From contig CAWBGN010000007.1 of the NCBI GenBank assembly GCA_963788445.1, forward strand, positions 35,550 through 99,549: a stretch of 64,000 nucleotides of DNA, written 5' to 3'. The notes under the pieces are model-generated. The model did no database searches, had not been told where the DNA came from, and saw nothing but the letters and a program-made list of their open reading frames with translations. Of the stretch, positions 20,280 through 28,669 are shown in pieces. Every line of letters begins with the position of its first letter. The stretch's first letter is position 1. Origin of the DNA: an uncultured Actinomycetota bacterium. GTDB lineage: Bacteria > Actinomycetota > Actinomycetes > Propionibacteriales > Nocardioidaceae. Both the position numbers and the translations under genes were made by a program.

Positions 20280-20970
20280 CGACCGCGCCCTCGAGGCGGA
20301 ACCCGACTCCTCGGACCGCCACGACGCGCTCGGTCACCCCGACGCTCTCGAGCTTCTGGCGCAGGCGCCCGATGGTGACGTCCAGCGTCTTTGTCGAGCC
20401 GTACCAGTTCTCGTCCCACACGTCGGCCATCAGCCGGCCGCGGGAGACGACCTTGTCGCGGTTGGCGGCCAGGATGTTCAGCACCTCGAACTCCTTGCCG
20501 GTCAAGGAGACCTCCTCGGACCCGGCGTACACCCGCCGCGCCGCGACGTCGATCCGCAGGGCGTCCGGGTCCTGCTCCGGCTCGGCCTCGTCGCCGGCGG
20601 CCGAGGAGCTGGTACGCCGCAGCAGCGCGCGGACCCGCGCCTGCAGCTCGGCAAGGCCGAACGGCTTCGCGAGGTAGTCGTCGGCGCCGTAGTCGAGGCC
20701 GACGACCCGGTCCAGCTCGCCCCCGCGGGCGGTCACGATCATGATCGCGCCGTCGTAGCCCGCGTCGCGCGCCTTGCGGCAGACCTCGAGGCCGTCCATG
20801 TCCGGCAGGCCGAGGTCGAGGATCACGACGTCCTCCTGCTCCTTCTGGAGCTGCGTGAGCGCGGTCTCGCCGTCCTGGACCCACGTGACGGTGTAGCCCT
20901 CGCGCTCGAGTGTGCGGACGAGGGGGAACGCAATGTCCTCCTCGTCCTCGACCACCAGCACTCGCGCCAT
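20272..20970 (-). CDS. OmpR-family response regulator
   Basis: VLVVEDE, ILDLGLPDMDG, GADDYLAKPF; winged helix TKTLDVTIGRLRQKL..VRGVGFR. Confidence 0.93.
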   Translation of the reverse strand: MARVLVVEDEEDIAFPLVRTLEREGYTVTWVQDGETALTQLQKEQEDVVILDLGLPDMDGLEVCRKARDAGYDGAIMIVTARGGELDRVVGLDYGADDYLAKPFGLAELQARVRALLRRTSSSAAGDEAEPEQDPDALRIDVAARRVYAGSEEVSLTGKEFEVLNILAANRDKVVSRGRLMADVWDENWYGSTKTLDVTIGRLRQKLESVGVTERVVAVRGVGFRLEGAVDA

Positions 20971-21016
20971 GACAGCGAGCATAGAGGCCGCCGCTGTGTC
21001 AGCCTCGCTTATCTGC

Positions 21017-23405
21017 TCAGAGGTCGACATCGGCGGTCCCGGTCTCGTTGACCACGGCGGTCGAGCTGGGATTGCCGAACGTGTCGGTGACCGAGGCGGA
21101 GGGCGTCCACTTCTGGTCTGCCCGCTGCTGTTGACGGTGCTCGGGAGCACTGCCCGTCCTGGCGCTCAGGGTGATCGTGACCCGGGTGACCTGACGGCCA
21201 CTGACCGTCACGGTGCTCGCCGACATCGTCGAGGTGGCGAAGGTCGCGGTCAGGTTGTTGCCCATGTAGTTCTGCGCGAACGCCACCTGCCCGAGGTTGA
21301 CCCCCGCCGGGAACGACAGGTAGTCGATGTTGCCCGCCAGCGGTGAGCCGACCCGCCAGTCGTTCAGCGTCACCGACACGGGGGTGCTGCGAGCCGTTCC
21401 AGCCGACTCTTGATCGTGCCGAGGTTGACGGTGGTCGAGTAGTCCAGCGTGATCACGTCGCCCTGGTCCGGCCGCCCGAGGTTCGCGCCGCTGCCCGCCA
21501 CCTGCACGTCGTTGGCGTGCAGCTGCTCGATCGTGACCGCGACGGAGCTCGACGTGGTGGTGCCGCCGCCGGTGCGCGTCATCACCGCGCGCAGGCTCGT
21601 GCCGCCGGCGGGGACGCCGGTGGTGTTCCAGCTGCAGGAGTACGGCGCGGCCGTGTCGGCGGTGCAGACGTTCGTCCACGACGTGGCGCCGGCGGGGTCG
21701 TACTGCAGCTGCATCGACGTGATGCCGGTGCTCGAGTAGCCGTCGGCGGTGACCGAGATCGTCGAGCCCTGGAGGAAGTTGGTGCCGGCGGCCGGCGCGG
21801 TCACGGTCGACCCACGGGGTGTTGTCGACGGTGCGGGTCTGGCTGGAGGTGATGGTCGTGTTGCCGGCGACGTCGGTCGCGGTCGCGCGGAACTCGTAGG
21901 TCCCGGTGGTCAGGCTCCGGGTGTCGAGCGAGCAGGCGTACGGGCTGGACGCGTCCACGGCGCACGACGTCCAGGTGGACACGCCGGAGCGGCGGTAGTC
22001 GAAGGCCACGCTGGCGATGCCCGAGCTCTCGTCCCCGGGGTTCGGGTCGGTGTCGTCCGCGGTGGCGGTCAGCGAGACCGTGCCGTACAGCGTGCCCGCG
22101 CGGCACGGTCAGGGCGACGTCCGGGTACCTCGTTGTCGACGATCGTGCTGTGCATGTCGGTGTAGGTCGTTGCCGGCGACGGTCACGAGGGCCTGGACGT
22201 ACCAGCGCTGCGAGTCGAGGCCGGTCGTGTTCCAGCTGCAGGTGTACGGCGCCGAGTTGTCCGTGCGAGATGTCGTCCAGGGGCCGGTGCCGGTGGCCGA
22301 CCGCTGGAAGCTGCACCGGTCGGGGTGCCCGTGCCGTGTCCAGGTCGCGGTCAGCGCCGTAGGTGCCGCGCACCGTGGCGGCGGGAGTCGCCAGGTCGAC
22401 GCTGCTGTTCGTGACGTGCGGGTCGTCGTGCCGGTGATGGCCGCGTTGCCGACGCACGTCGGTGGCCGTGGCCCGGAACTCGTAGTTGCCGTCGGTCAGG
22501 GTCGTCGTGTTCAGGCTGCAGGCGTACGGCGAGCTGGTGTCGAGCACGCACGTCGTCCAGGTGGGCACGCCGGAGCGGCGGTACTCGAACCTCACCGAGA
22601 CCATGCCGCTGTGCGCGTCGGACGCGGTGGCGGTGAGGTTCACGGTGCCGGACAGCGGCGCCACCGGGACGGTCAGGGACACGGTCGGAGCGGTGTTGTC
22701 GACCAGGACGTTCGACTCGCTGTCGTAGTAGGTGTGGCCGTTGATCGTGCCGACGGCCCGCCAGTCGTAGTAGCCGGTGATGGCGCGGTGTCGACGCGCA
22801 GGTCCGGACCGGGCCGGCCGCTGGGCCGCACCCGGGGATGTCCGCCCAGGTGTTGGCTCCCGCGGGGGACGCCTGGAAGCGGACCGTCGACGCGCCCGCG
22901 CCGGCGTTGATGATGCGGCCGGTGAGCGTCACGGTGCCGTGGACCGGGGCAGTCACCGGGTCGAGGACGACGCCGGCGGTGTTGATGACCGTGGTCATGA
23001 TCGACGACGAGGTCTTGGTGTTGGTGTGGATGTCGGTCGCGACGGCGCGCAGGTCGTACTCGCCGTCCGCCACCTGGGTGGTGTTCCAGCTGCAGGAGTA
23101 CGGGCGAGCTGTTGTCGGTGCAGATCGTGGTCCAGGTACCGGAACCGTGCGGGGCGCGCTGGATCGCGACGGACGCGACGGCGGTGTCGCCGTCCGTGGC
23201 CGTGGCGTTGAGGGTGACCGTGCCGGCCACGGCGTACCCGGGGTCGACGATGGCGACGTCGGGAGCGGTCCAGTCGGGCGCGGCGAAGATGTTGAGCGGC
23301 GTGGTGCTCGCGTCGGTGAAGTCGGCGCCGGATGCCTGGAGGCCGGACAGCGCGCCGGCCCCGAGGAGCAGCGCGCTGGACGAGGTAGAGCAGCTTGCGG
23401 AGCAT
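21017..23405 (-). CDS. Large secreted protein: SipW-type signal, six Ig-like repeats and a C-terminal domain (many frameshifts)
   Basis: Repeats of about 95-100 aa, GTV.L.A...W..C..D...PY.CS(W/L).T...Y..RA, recovered across frames; N-terminus ..GLQASGA-DFTDAS. Confidence 0.75.
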
Positions 23406-23407
23406 GG

Positions 23408-23983
23408 CTATCGCCCGACCGAGACGGTCGGATTGCCGACCGTCGCTTGCTTCACCTGCTCGGGGCGTCGCCGGACGGCACCGATGAGCTGGACGAGGCT
23501 GATCAGGGCGATCACGCTCGCGGGGAGGCCGATCAGGAGCATCCGGAGGAGGCGGTCCTGGAGGGCGATGAACACGTAGCCGAGGTACGGCACGGCGAAC
23601 GACACCCGCGACTGCGAGGTCGAGGTCAGCTGGAAGGTCCACGGGTCGGCGTCCGCGTTGGCGTCGCCCTGGGTGCGGTAGACGTCACCCTGGATGCTGA
23701 CGATGCGGTGCGTGACCAGGTGGTCGATGCCGGAGTCGGCCGGGGGCTGGTAGGTGATGACGTCGCCGACGCGCAGGTCGTTGACCGGCACGACGTCCTC
23801 GAAGGCGACCGAACCCACGCCGAGCGAGCCGCCCATGGAGCTGCCCGTGATGACGTAGCGCTGGAAGCCGAGGGCGGCCGGGACGATGAAGGCGACGGCC
23901 AGGAGCATGACCAGGGCGCAGAGAAGGTTGACCAGGAACCGGCCGCTGCGGTGCGGGCGGCGGTGCGTGGTCGCGATCTCCAC
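23408..23983 (-). CDS. sipW: Signal peptidase I, SipW/ER-type (S26B)
   Basis: VITGSSM catalytic Ser, VTHRIV His, TQGDAN..D; TM helices on both sides. Confidence 0.88.
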   Translation of the reverse strand: MEIATTHRRPHRSGRFLVNLLCALVMLLAVAFIVPAALGFQRYVITGSSMGGSLGVGSVAFEDVVPVNDLRVGDVITYQPPADSGIDHLVTHRIVSIQGDVYRTQGDANADADPWTFQLTSTSQSRVSFAVPYLGYVFIALQDRLLRMLLIGLPASVIALISLVQLIGAVRRRPEQVKQATVGNPTVSVGR

Positions 23984-24020
23984 CGGCCTGCTCCTTCCTG
24001 TTCTTGTCCTCTAGTGGGGG

Positions 24021-24055
24021 TGGCCCGCCCAGCTCCCCCCGAGCCGGGCGGGCCA
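24021..24055 (-). terminator. GC-rich stem-loop between the tasA-like gene and sipW
   Basis: 15-bp arms at 24021-24035 and 24041-24055 with one mismatch; 5-nt loop. Confidence 0.55.
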
Positions 24056-24121
24056 TGATCCCCCCATGTTCCCCATGCGATGGGTCCCACCGTCCCCCGA
24101 TGGAACCCGCCGTTCTGACGC

Positions 24122-24652
24122 TCAGACCCAGTGCTCCAGAAGGGTCGAACCGGAGTTCTTCTGCGTGGTGACCCAGGTGTAGGTCGCGGCGGCTTCCTTG
24201 TCCTGGTTGGCGTCGCTCGCGTTGGCGGGCATCGACACGATGAACGTGAAGGTGCTCGAAGCGCCGGCGTCGAGGTCGCCGAGGTCCGTTGCGGTGTTCG
24301 TGTAGCCACCGAAGTCGCCGCTGTAGAGCGTGGTGGCGCCCTGCTTGATCACGAGGTTGAGGCCACCCGCGGCGAAGGACGAGGTGTCAGCGCTCTCCTG
24401 GAAGCTGAGCTTCGAGTCGATGGTGCCGACGTTCTCGATGTCGACCGTGCCGGTCATCGTGTCGCCGGGCTTGATGTCCGTGAGCGTGAGGACGGCGTTG
24501 TCGTGGCTGTTCGTGTGCAGCAGCGTCCCCGAGGTGACGGTGACGGAGCTGCTGGTCGTCGAGGTCCACGTCGCGCCCGAGCCGACGGCGATGGCACCCG
24601 CAGCGAGCAGCGTGGCCAGTGGTACGAGCACCTTGCGGCTGGTGGCGGTCAT
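24122..24652 (-). CDS. TasA/CalY (M73)-like fibre subunit with a SipW-type signal peptide
   Basis: Signal ..AVGSGA-TWTS, then SGTL, IKPGD and V.I.N.GT motifs as in Bacillus TasA/CalY; adjacent to sipW. Confidence 0.8.
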   Translation of the reverse strand: MTATSRKVLVPLATLLAAGAIAVGSGATWTSTTSSSVTVTSGTLLHTNSHDNAVLTLTDIKPGDTMTGTVDIENVGTIDSKLSFQESADTSSFAAGGLNLVIKQGATTLYSGDFGGYTNTATDLGDLDAGASSTFTFIVSMPANASDANQDKEAAATYTWVTTQKNSGSTLLEHWV

Positions 24653-24810
24653 GGGTTCCCCCTGAAGAAGAGATGCGTTGCTTGTGTTGGCATGTTGAAC
24701 GTACGGAGCGCGCTGCCACGCCGTGGCAACGTCAGATCCACACTCGATCCACGGTTCGGTAACAAGGCCGGGAATGCCGGTTACCGACCTCTTCCCGCGT
24801 GGAGCGAGGC

Positions 24811-25716
24811 TCAGTCGCCGTCGACGGCGAACAGGTCGCCCTGTTGCTCGGCGCGTTCCAGGACGTCCTCGAACCGGAACTGCTCCAGGCCGAGCGGGTC
24901 GTCCGCGCCCGCCTCGACCTCGTCCCAGGTGATCGGCGTGGCGACGTACGGCGCGTCCCGGCCGCGCAGGGAGTACGGCGAGATGGTGGTCTTCGAGCCG
25001 GCGTTCTGCGACCAGTCGAGGAACACCTTTCCCGACCGCTTCGCCTTCGTCATGGTGGCGGTGACCTGCTTCGGGTGCTCCTTCTGGAGCTCCTCGGCGA
25101 CCTCCTTGGCGAGCCCGGTGGTCTCGTCCGGGTTCAGCTTGCCGGGGAGGCCGGCGTACAGGTGGAGCCCCTTGCTGCCGCTGGTCACCGGCCAGGCGTC
25201 GAGGTTGCGCTCGGCCAGCCGGTCCCGGACCAGCAGCGCCACGGTGCAGCACTCCATCAGCCCGGCGGGCTCACCCGGGTCGAGGTCGATGACCAGCCGG
25301 TTGGGGTTGCGCGGCTGGCCGTTCTTGTTGACCGTCCACTGGTGCACGTGCAGCTCGAGGGCCGCGAGGTTGACCAGCCAGGTCAGGGTGGCGAGGTCGT
25401 CGCAGATGGGGAACACCAGGTGGTCGCCGTTGCGGGAGGGCGCCCGGGAGCCGGTGGTGGGGACCTTGGCGGTGCGCACCCAGGACGGCGTACCGGCCGG
25501 GGCGTTCTTCTCGAAGAAGCTGCTCTCCTGCACGCCGTGGGGCCAGCGGATCCGGGTGACGGCCCGGTCCTTGAGGTGCGGCAGCAGGACCGGAGCGATC
25601 CGGGCGTAGTAGTTGAGCACCTCGCCCTTGGTGGTGCCGGTCCGCGGGTAGAGGACCTTGTCGAGGTTGCTGATCTTGAGGGTGCGCCCCTCGACCTCGA
25701 CCCGGACCTCCGTCAT
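24811..25716 (-). CDS. ligD: LigD polymerase/primase domain protein (NHEJ)
   Basis: SNLDKVLYP, RWPHG, FFEKN, DLDPG, TSGSKGLHLY, FLDWSQN and ISPYSLR motifs. Confidence 0.92.
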   Translation of the reverse strand: MTEVRVEVEGRTLKISNLDKVLYPRTGTTKGEVLNYYARIAPVLLPHLKDRAVTRIRWPHGVQESSFFEKNAPAGTPSWVRTAKVPTTGSRAPSRNGDHLVFPICDDLATLTWLVNLAALELHVHQWTVNKNGQPRNPNRLVIDLDPGEPAGLMECCTVALLVRDRLAERNLDAWPVTSGSKGLHLYAGLPGKLNPDETTGLAKEVAEELQKEHPKQVTATMTKAKRSGKVFLDWSQNAGSKTTISPYSLRGRDAPYVATPITWDEVEAGADDPLGLEQFRFEDVLERAEQQGDLFAVDGD

Positions 25717-25723
25717 CGCCGCG

Positions 25724-26462
25724 CTACCGGCCGATCGCGATGACCGGCACCCGGTCCTGGTGGAGCGCGGTACATCAGCTTGCGCATGAACGTCCGCGGC
25801 ACGGAAACGCAGCCGGCCGTTGCCCCACTGCCGTTGACGTGCAGGAAGATCGCCCCGCCGCGGTGCCGGACCTGCCGGGCGTTGAACGAGGTGGTGAACA
25901 CGAACTCGTACTGCTGAGGGAAGTCCTTGAGCCGCTCCGACCCGTTGGCATGGCTCGACGGGAGCCGCCAGCGGAACCCGCCCTGCGACTTGTTGCGGTA
26001 GCGGTTGTAGTAGTCGGACCGGTTGTCCAGCACCCAGTAGTCGCCCCTGCGGACCTTGCGGTAGCTGTTGTCCCAGCGGTCCTGCTCGGCGTTCATCCCG
26101 AACGCCCACGGCAGCCGGAAGGTGCCGAGCGGGGTCTTGCCGGATCCCTGCACCCGGCGCCTGGCCGGCACCAGCCCGTTGTAGCCGATCCGGCCGCTGG
26201 AGGTCTGGAGCCGCTGGTGCCAGCTGCCCCTGCGCTTCACCCAGTAGGTCACGCGGGCGTGGTACCCGACCGTGCGGTTGACCGTCACGACCTGCCGGGT
26301 GTTCGTGCGCAGCTTCACGCTGACGCCGTCCAGGCGGACCCAAGAGGCGCGACCCGCCTGTTCGCCCGCGTCCTCGGCCGGTGCGGCGTTCGCCGTCGAC
26401 AGGGTCGGGACCGGCGCGGCGAGCAGGCCGGCGAGCAGGAGTGTGAGCAACAGTCGTCTCAT
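25724..26462 (-). CDS. Secreted L,D-transpeptidase (YkuD) family protein (frameshift near 25770)
   Basis: Signal peptide; KTPLGTF and GGAIFLHVNGSGATAGCV motifs. Confidence 0.85.
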
Positions 26463-27375
26463 GTGAGGTCCTCTGGTCCGAGATCGGTGCGGACCCCACG
26501 GTACGACGGCTGGCGGAGTCGCCGCTGCGGGGTCAGCCCCAGCGCCTCGACGTCGACCACGATCACCGGCTCCACCCAGTGCGTGCCGAGGGCGTCCAGC
26601 TTCGGAACCTCGTCGACGAACGGACTGCTGTCACGTGCGTGCGGTGCGAGCACGGCGTGGAGCATCGGTCCGACCTTGCCGGCGATCCCGCTGCCGACCC
26701 GGCCGCGGTAGACGACGCCCGTCGGGGGTGGGCTCGCCCACGAGCAACGCACCGAGCCGGTGCTCGGATCCCGTCTCGGGCCGCCAGCCGCCCACGACGT
26801 ACGAGTTGCGCCGGCGGTGCGCGAACTTGAGCCAGTTCCGGGTGCGCGGCGCCGAACTCGTAGCGCGAGTCGAGCCGCTTGCTGACGATCCCCTCCAGCC
26901 CCTGTTGCCTGGTCGCGTCGAACAGCATCGGCCCGTCGTCGTACGCCGGCGGGGTCTGCCAGCGGTCGTCGTTCAGGTCGAGGCCGAGCAGGATCTCGCG
27001 CCGCTCCGCAAGCGGTAGCCGGGACAGGTCGCGGTCGCCGTACCGCAGCACGTCGAAGACGAGGAGTGTCACCGGGTTGGTGTTGGCGAGCGCTGCGGCG
27101 CGTCGGGGATTGCTGACGTGCATCCGATCAGCGAGCGAACCGAACGTGGGGATCCCGTCGCCGAACGCCACGACCTCGCCGTCGAGCAGGACGTCCTCGG
27201 CGGGCAGCCCCTGCAGCTCCGGGAACGAGACGGACACGTCGTTCTCGTTGCGGGAGGTCAGCCGGACGCGGTCCCGAGTGTCGACGAGCACCCTCATCCC
27301 GTCCCACTTCACCTCGTGCGTCCACTCATCACCAGTGGGTACGTGGGTGCCACGGGTGGCGAGCATGGGGCGCAT
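26459..27375 (-). CDS. ligD: LigD ATP-dependent DNA ligase domain protein (frameshifts near 26850 and 26740)
   Basis: RPMLA, EVKWDG, LLDGEVV, FDVL, LEGIVSKR, GRVGSG and LRQPSYRGVR motifs. Confidence 0.9.
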
Positions 27376-27428
27376 GGGGCCATCCTGACCGATACCGTTG
27401 AGACCCGAACCCTTCGAAAGGTATGAGC

Positions 27429-28298
27429 ATGCGAGCGATCTGGAAGGGCGCGGTGTCCTTCGGGCTGGTCAGCGTGCCCGTGAAGCTGTACTCCGCGACC
27501 GAGTCACACGACGTGTCGTTCCGGCAGGTGCACGCCAAGGACGGCGGACGGATCAAGTACCAGCGCGTGTGCTCGATCGACGGCGAGGAGGTCGCGTACG
27601 CCGACATCGCCAAGGGCTACGAGACCGAGGACGGCGAGATGGTCATCCTCAGCGACGACGACCTGGCCGAGCTCCCGTCGACGTCCAGCCGGGAGATCGC
27701 GGTCGAGAAGTTCGTGCCGTCCGCCCAGATCGACCCGATGCTGTTCGAGAAGTCGTACTACCTCGAGCCCGAGAAGACCGGCGCCAAGCCCTACGCCCTG
27801 CTCCGCCAGGCGCTGCTCGACGCCGACCGGATGGCCGTCGTCACCGTCGCGCTGCGCCAGCGCACCAGCGTCGCCGTACTCCGCGTCCGCGATGACGTGA
27901 TCGTGCTCCAGACGATGATGTGGCCCGACGAGATTCGCCAGCCCGACTTCAACGTCGACGTGGGCGAGGTCAAGGACGCCGAGGTGAAGATGGCCAACAT
28001 GCTGGTCGAGACCCTCGCCGGCGACTTCGAACCGTCCGAGTTCGAGGACGACTACGCCGGCGCGGTCGAGGCCCTGGTCAAGGCCAAGATCGAGGGCGGC
28101 GAGGTCAAGAAGACCCCCACCTCCACCAAGTCCTCCGGCGAGGTCGTCGACCTCCTCGCCGCCCTCCAACGCTCCGTCGACGCCGCCAAGACCGCCCGCG
28201 GCGAGGACGAGGACGAGGACGAACCCAAGAAGAAGCCCGCGAAGAAGGCCGCCGCCAAGAAGACGGCGAAGAAGGCCGCGAAGAAGAAGGCGAGCTGA
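27429..28298 (+). CDS. ku: Ku protein (NHEJ) with a basic AKKA tail
   Basis: MRAIWKGAVSFGLVSVPVKLYSAT, KGYE, YYLEP and VVDLLAALQRS motifs. Confidence 0.95.
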   Translation: MRAIWKGAVSFGLVSVPVKLYSATESHDVSFRQVHAKDGGRIKYQRVCSIDGEEVAYADIAKGYETEDGEMVILSDDDLAELPSTSSREIAVEKFVPSAQIDPMLFEKSYYLEPEKTGAKPYALLRQALLDADRMAVVTVALRQRTSVAVLRVRDDVIVLQTMMWPDEIRQPDFNVDVGEVKDAEVKMANMLVETLAGDFEPSEFEDDYAGAVEALVKAKIEGGEVKKTPTSTKSSGEVVDLLAALQRSVDAAKTARGEDEDEDEPKKKPAKKAAAKKTAKKAAKKKAS

Positions 28299-28452
28299 GC
28301 TGGGCAGCGGCGCGCGAGGAACGAGCGCGTCGCGTGGGCCCAGCCAGGTAGAGCAAGCGACGCGACTGAGGAACGAAGTCGCGCGAGCGCGTCGAAACCC
28401 GGTGACCGTGGGCAGGGCGGCGAGGTACGTCGGCCGAGCTTGTCGAGGCCCG
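28299..28452. repeat. Cluster of REP-like palindromes downstream of ku
   Basis: GCTGGGC...GCCCAGC hairpin and a second hairpin, both with GAGGAACGA loops; GTCGAAACC and GTCGAGGCC ends. Confidence 0.6.
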
Positions 28453-28641
28453 GTTGCCGCGGGTGGGTGGTGAAAGGACTCTTTGGGTTACGTGGTCGCC
28501 CGCCGCGGTGGTCGAGGCGGCCACTCTCGGCTGCTTCCACGGTCGCGGTCGCCTAGCTCGACCGTTGTGGTGGCGGTCGCAAGACTTTCTCGAAATAGTT
28601 GTCCACATCCCTGTCAGAACAAGGGGTTTTCGGGCTTCGAG

Positions 28642-28663
28642 TGTCGGTGGTCGGTGCTTGAGT
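28642..28663 (+). promoter_or_regulatory. RecA-NDp/PafBC-like DNA-damage promoter (leaderless)
   Basis: TGTCGGTG-N8-TTGAGT, 6 nt before ATG 28670; the mycobacterial consensus is TGTCRGTG-N8-TAnnnT. Confidence 0.6.
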
Positions 28664-28669
28664 TGACCC

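Noticed and set aside
24811-26499. LigD polymerase with a long N-terminal extension
   Set aside because: The extension is an alternative frame over the L,D-transpeptidase gene; the polymerase starts at 25716.
27406-27418. CGAACCCTTCG as a LexA SOS box between ligD and ku
   Set aside because: Spacing and right half do not match TCGAAC-N4-GTTCGA.
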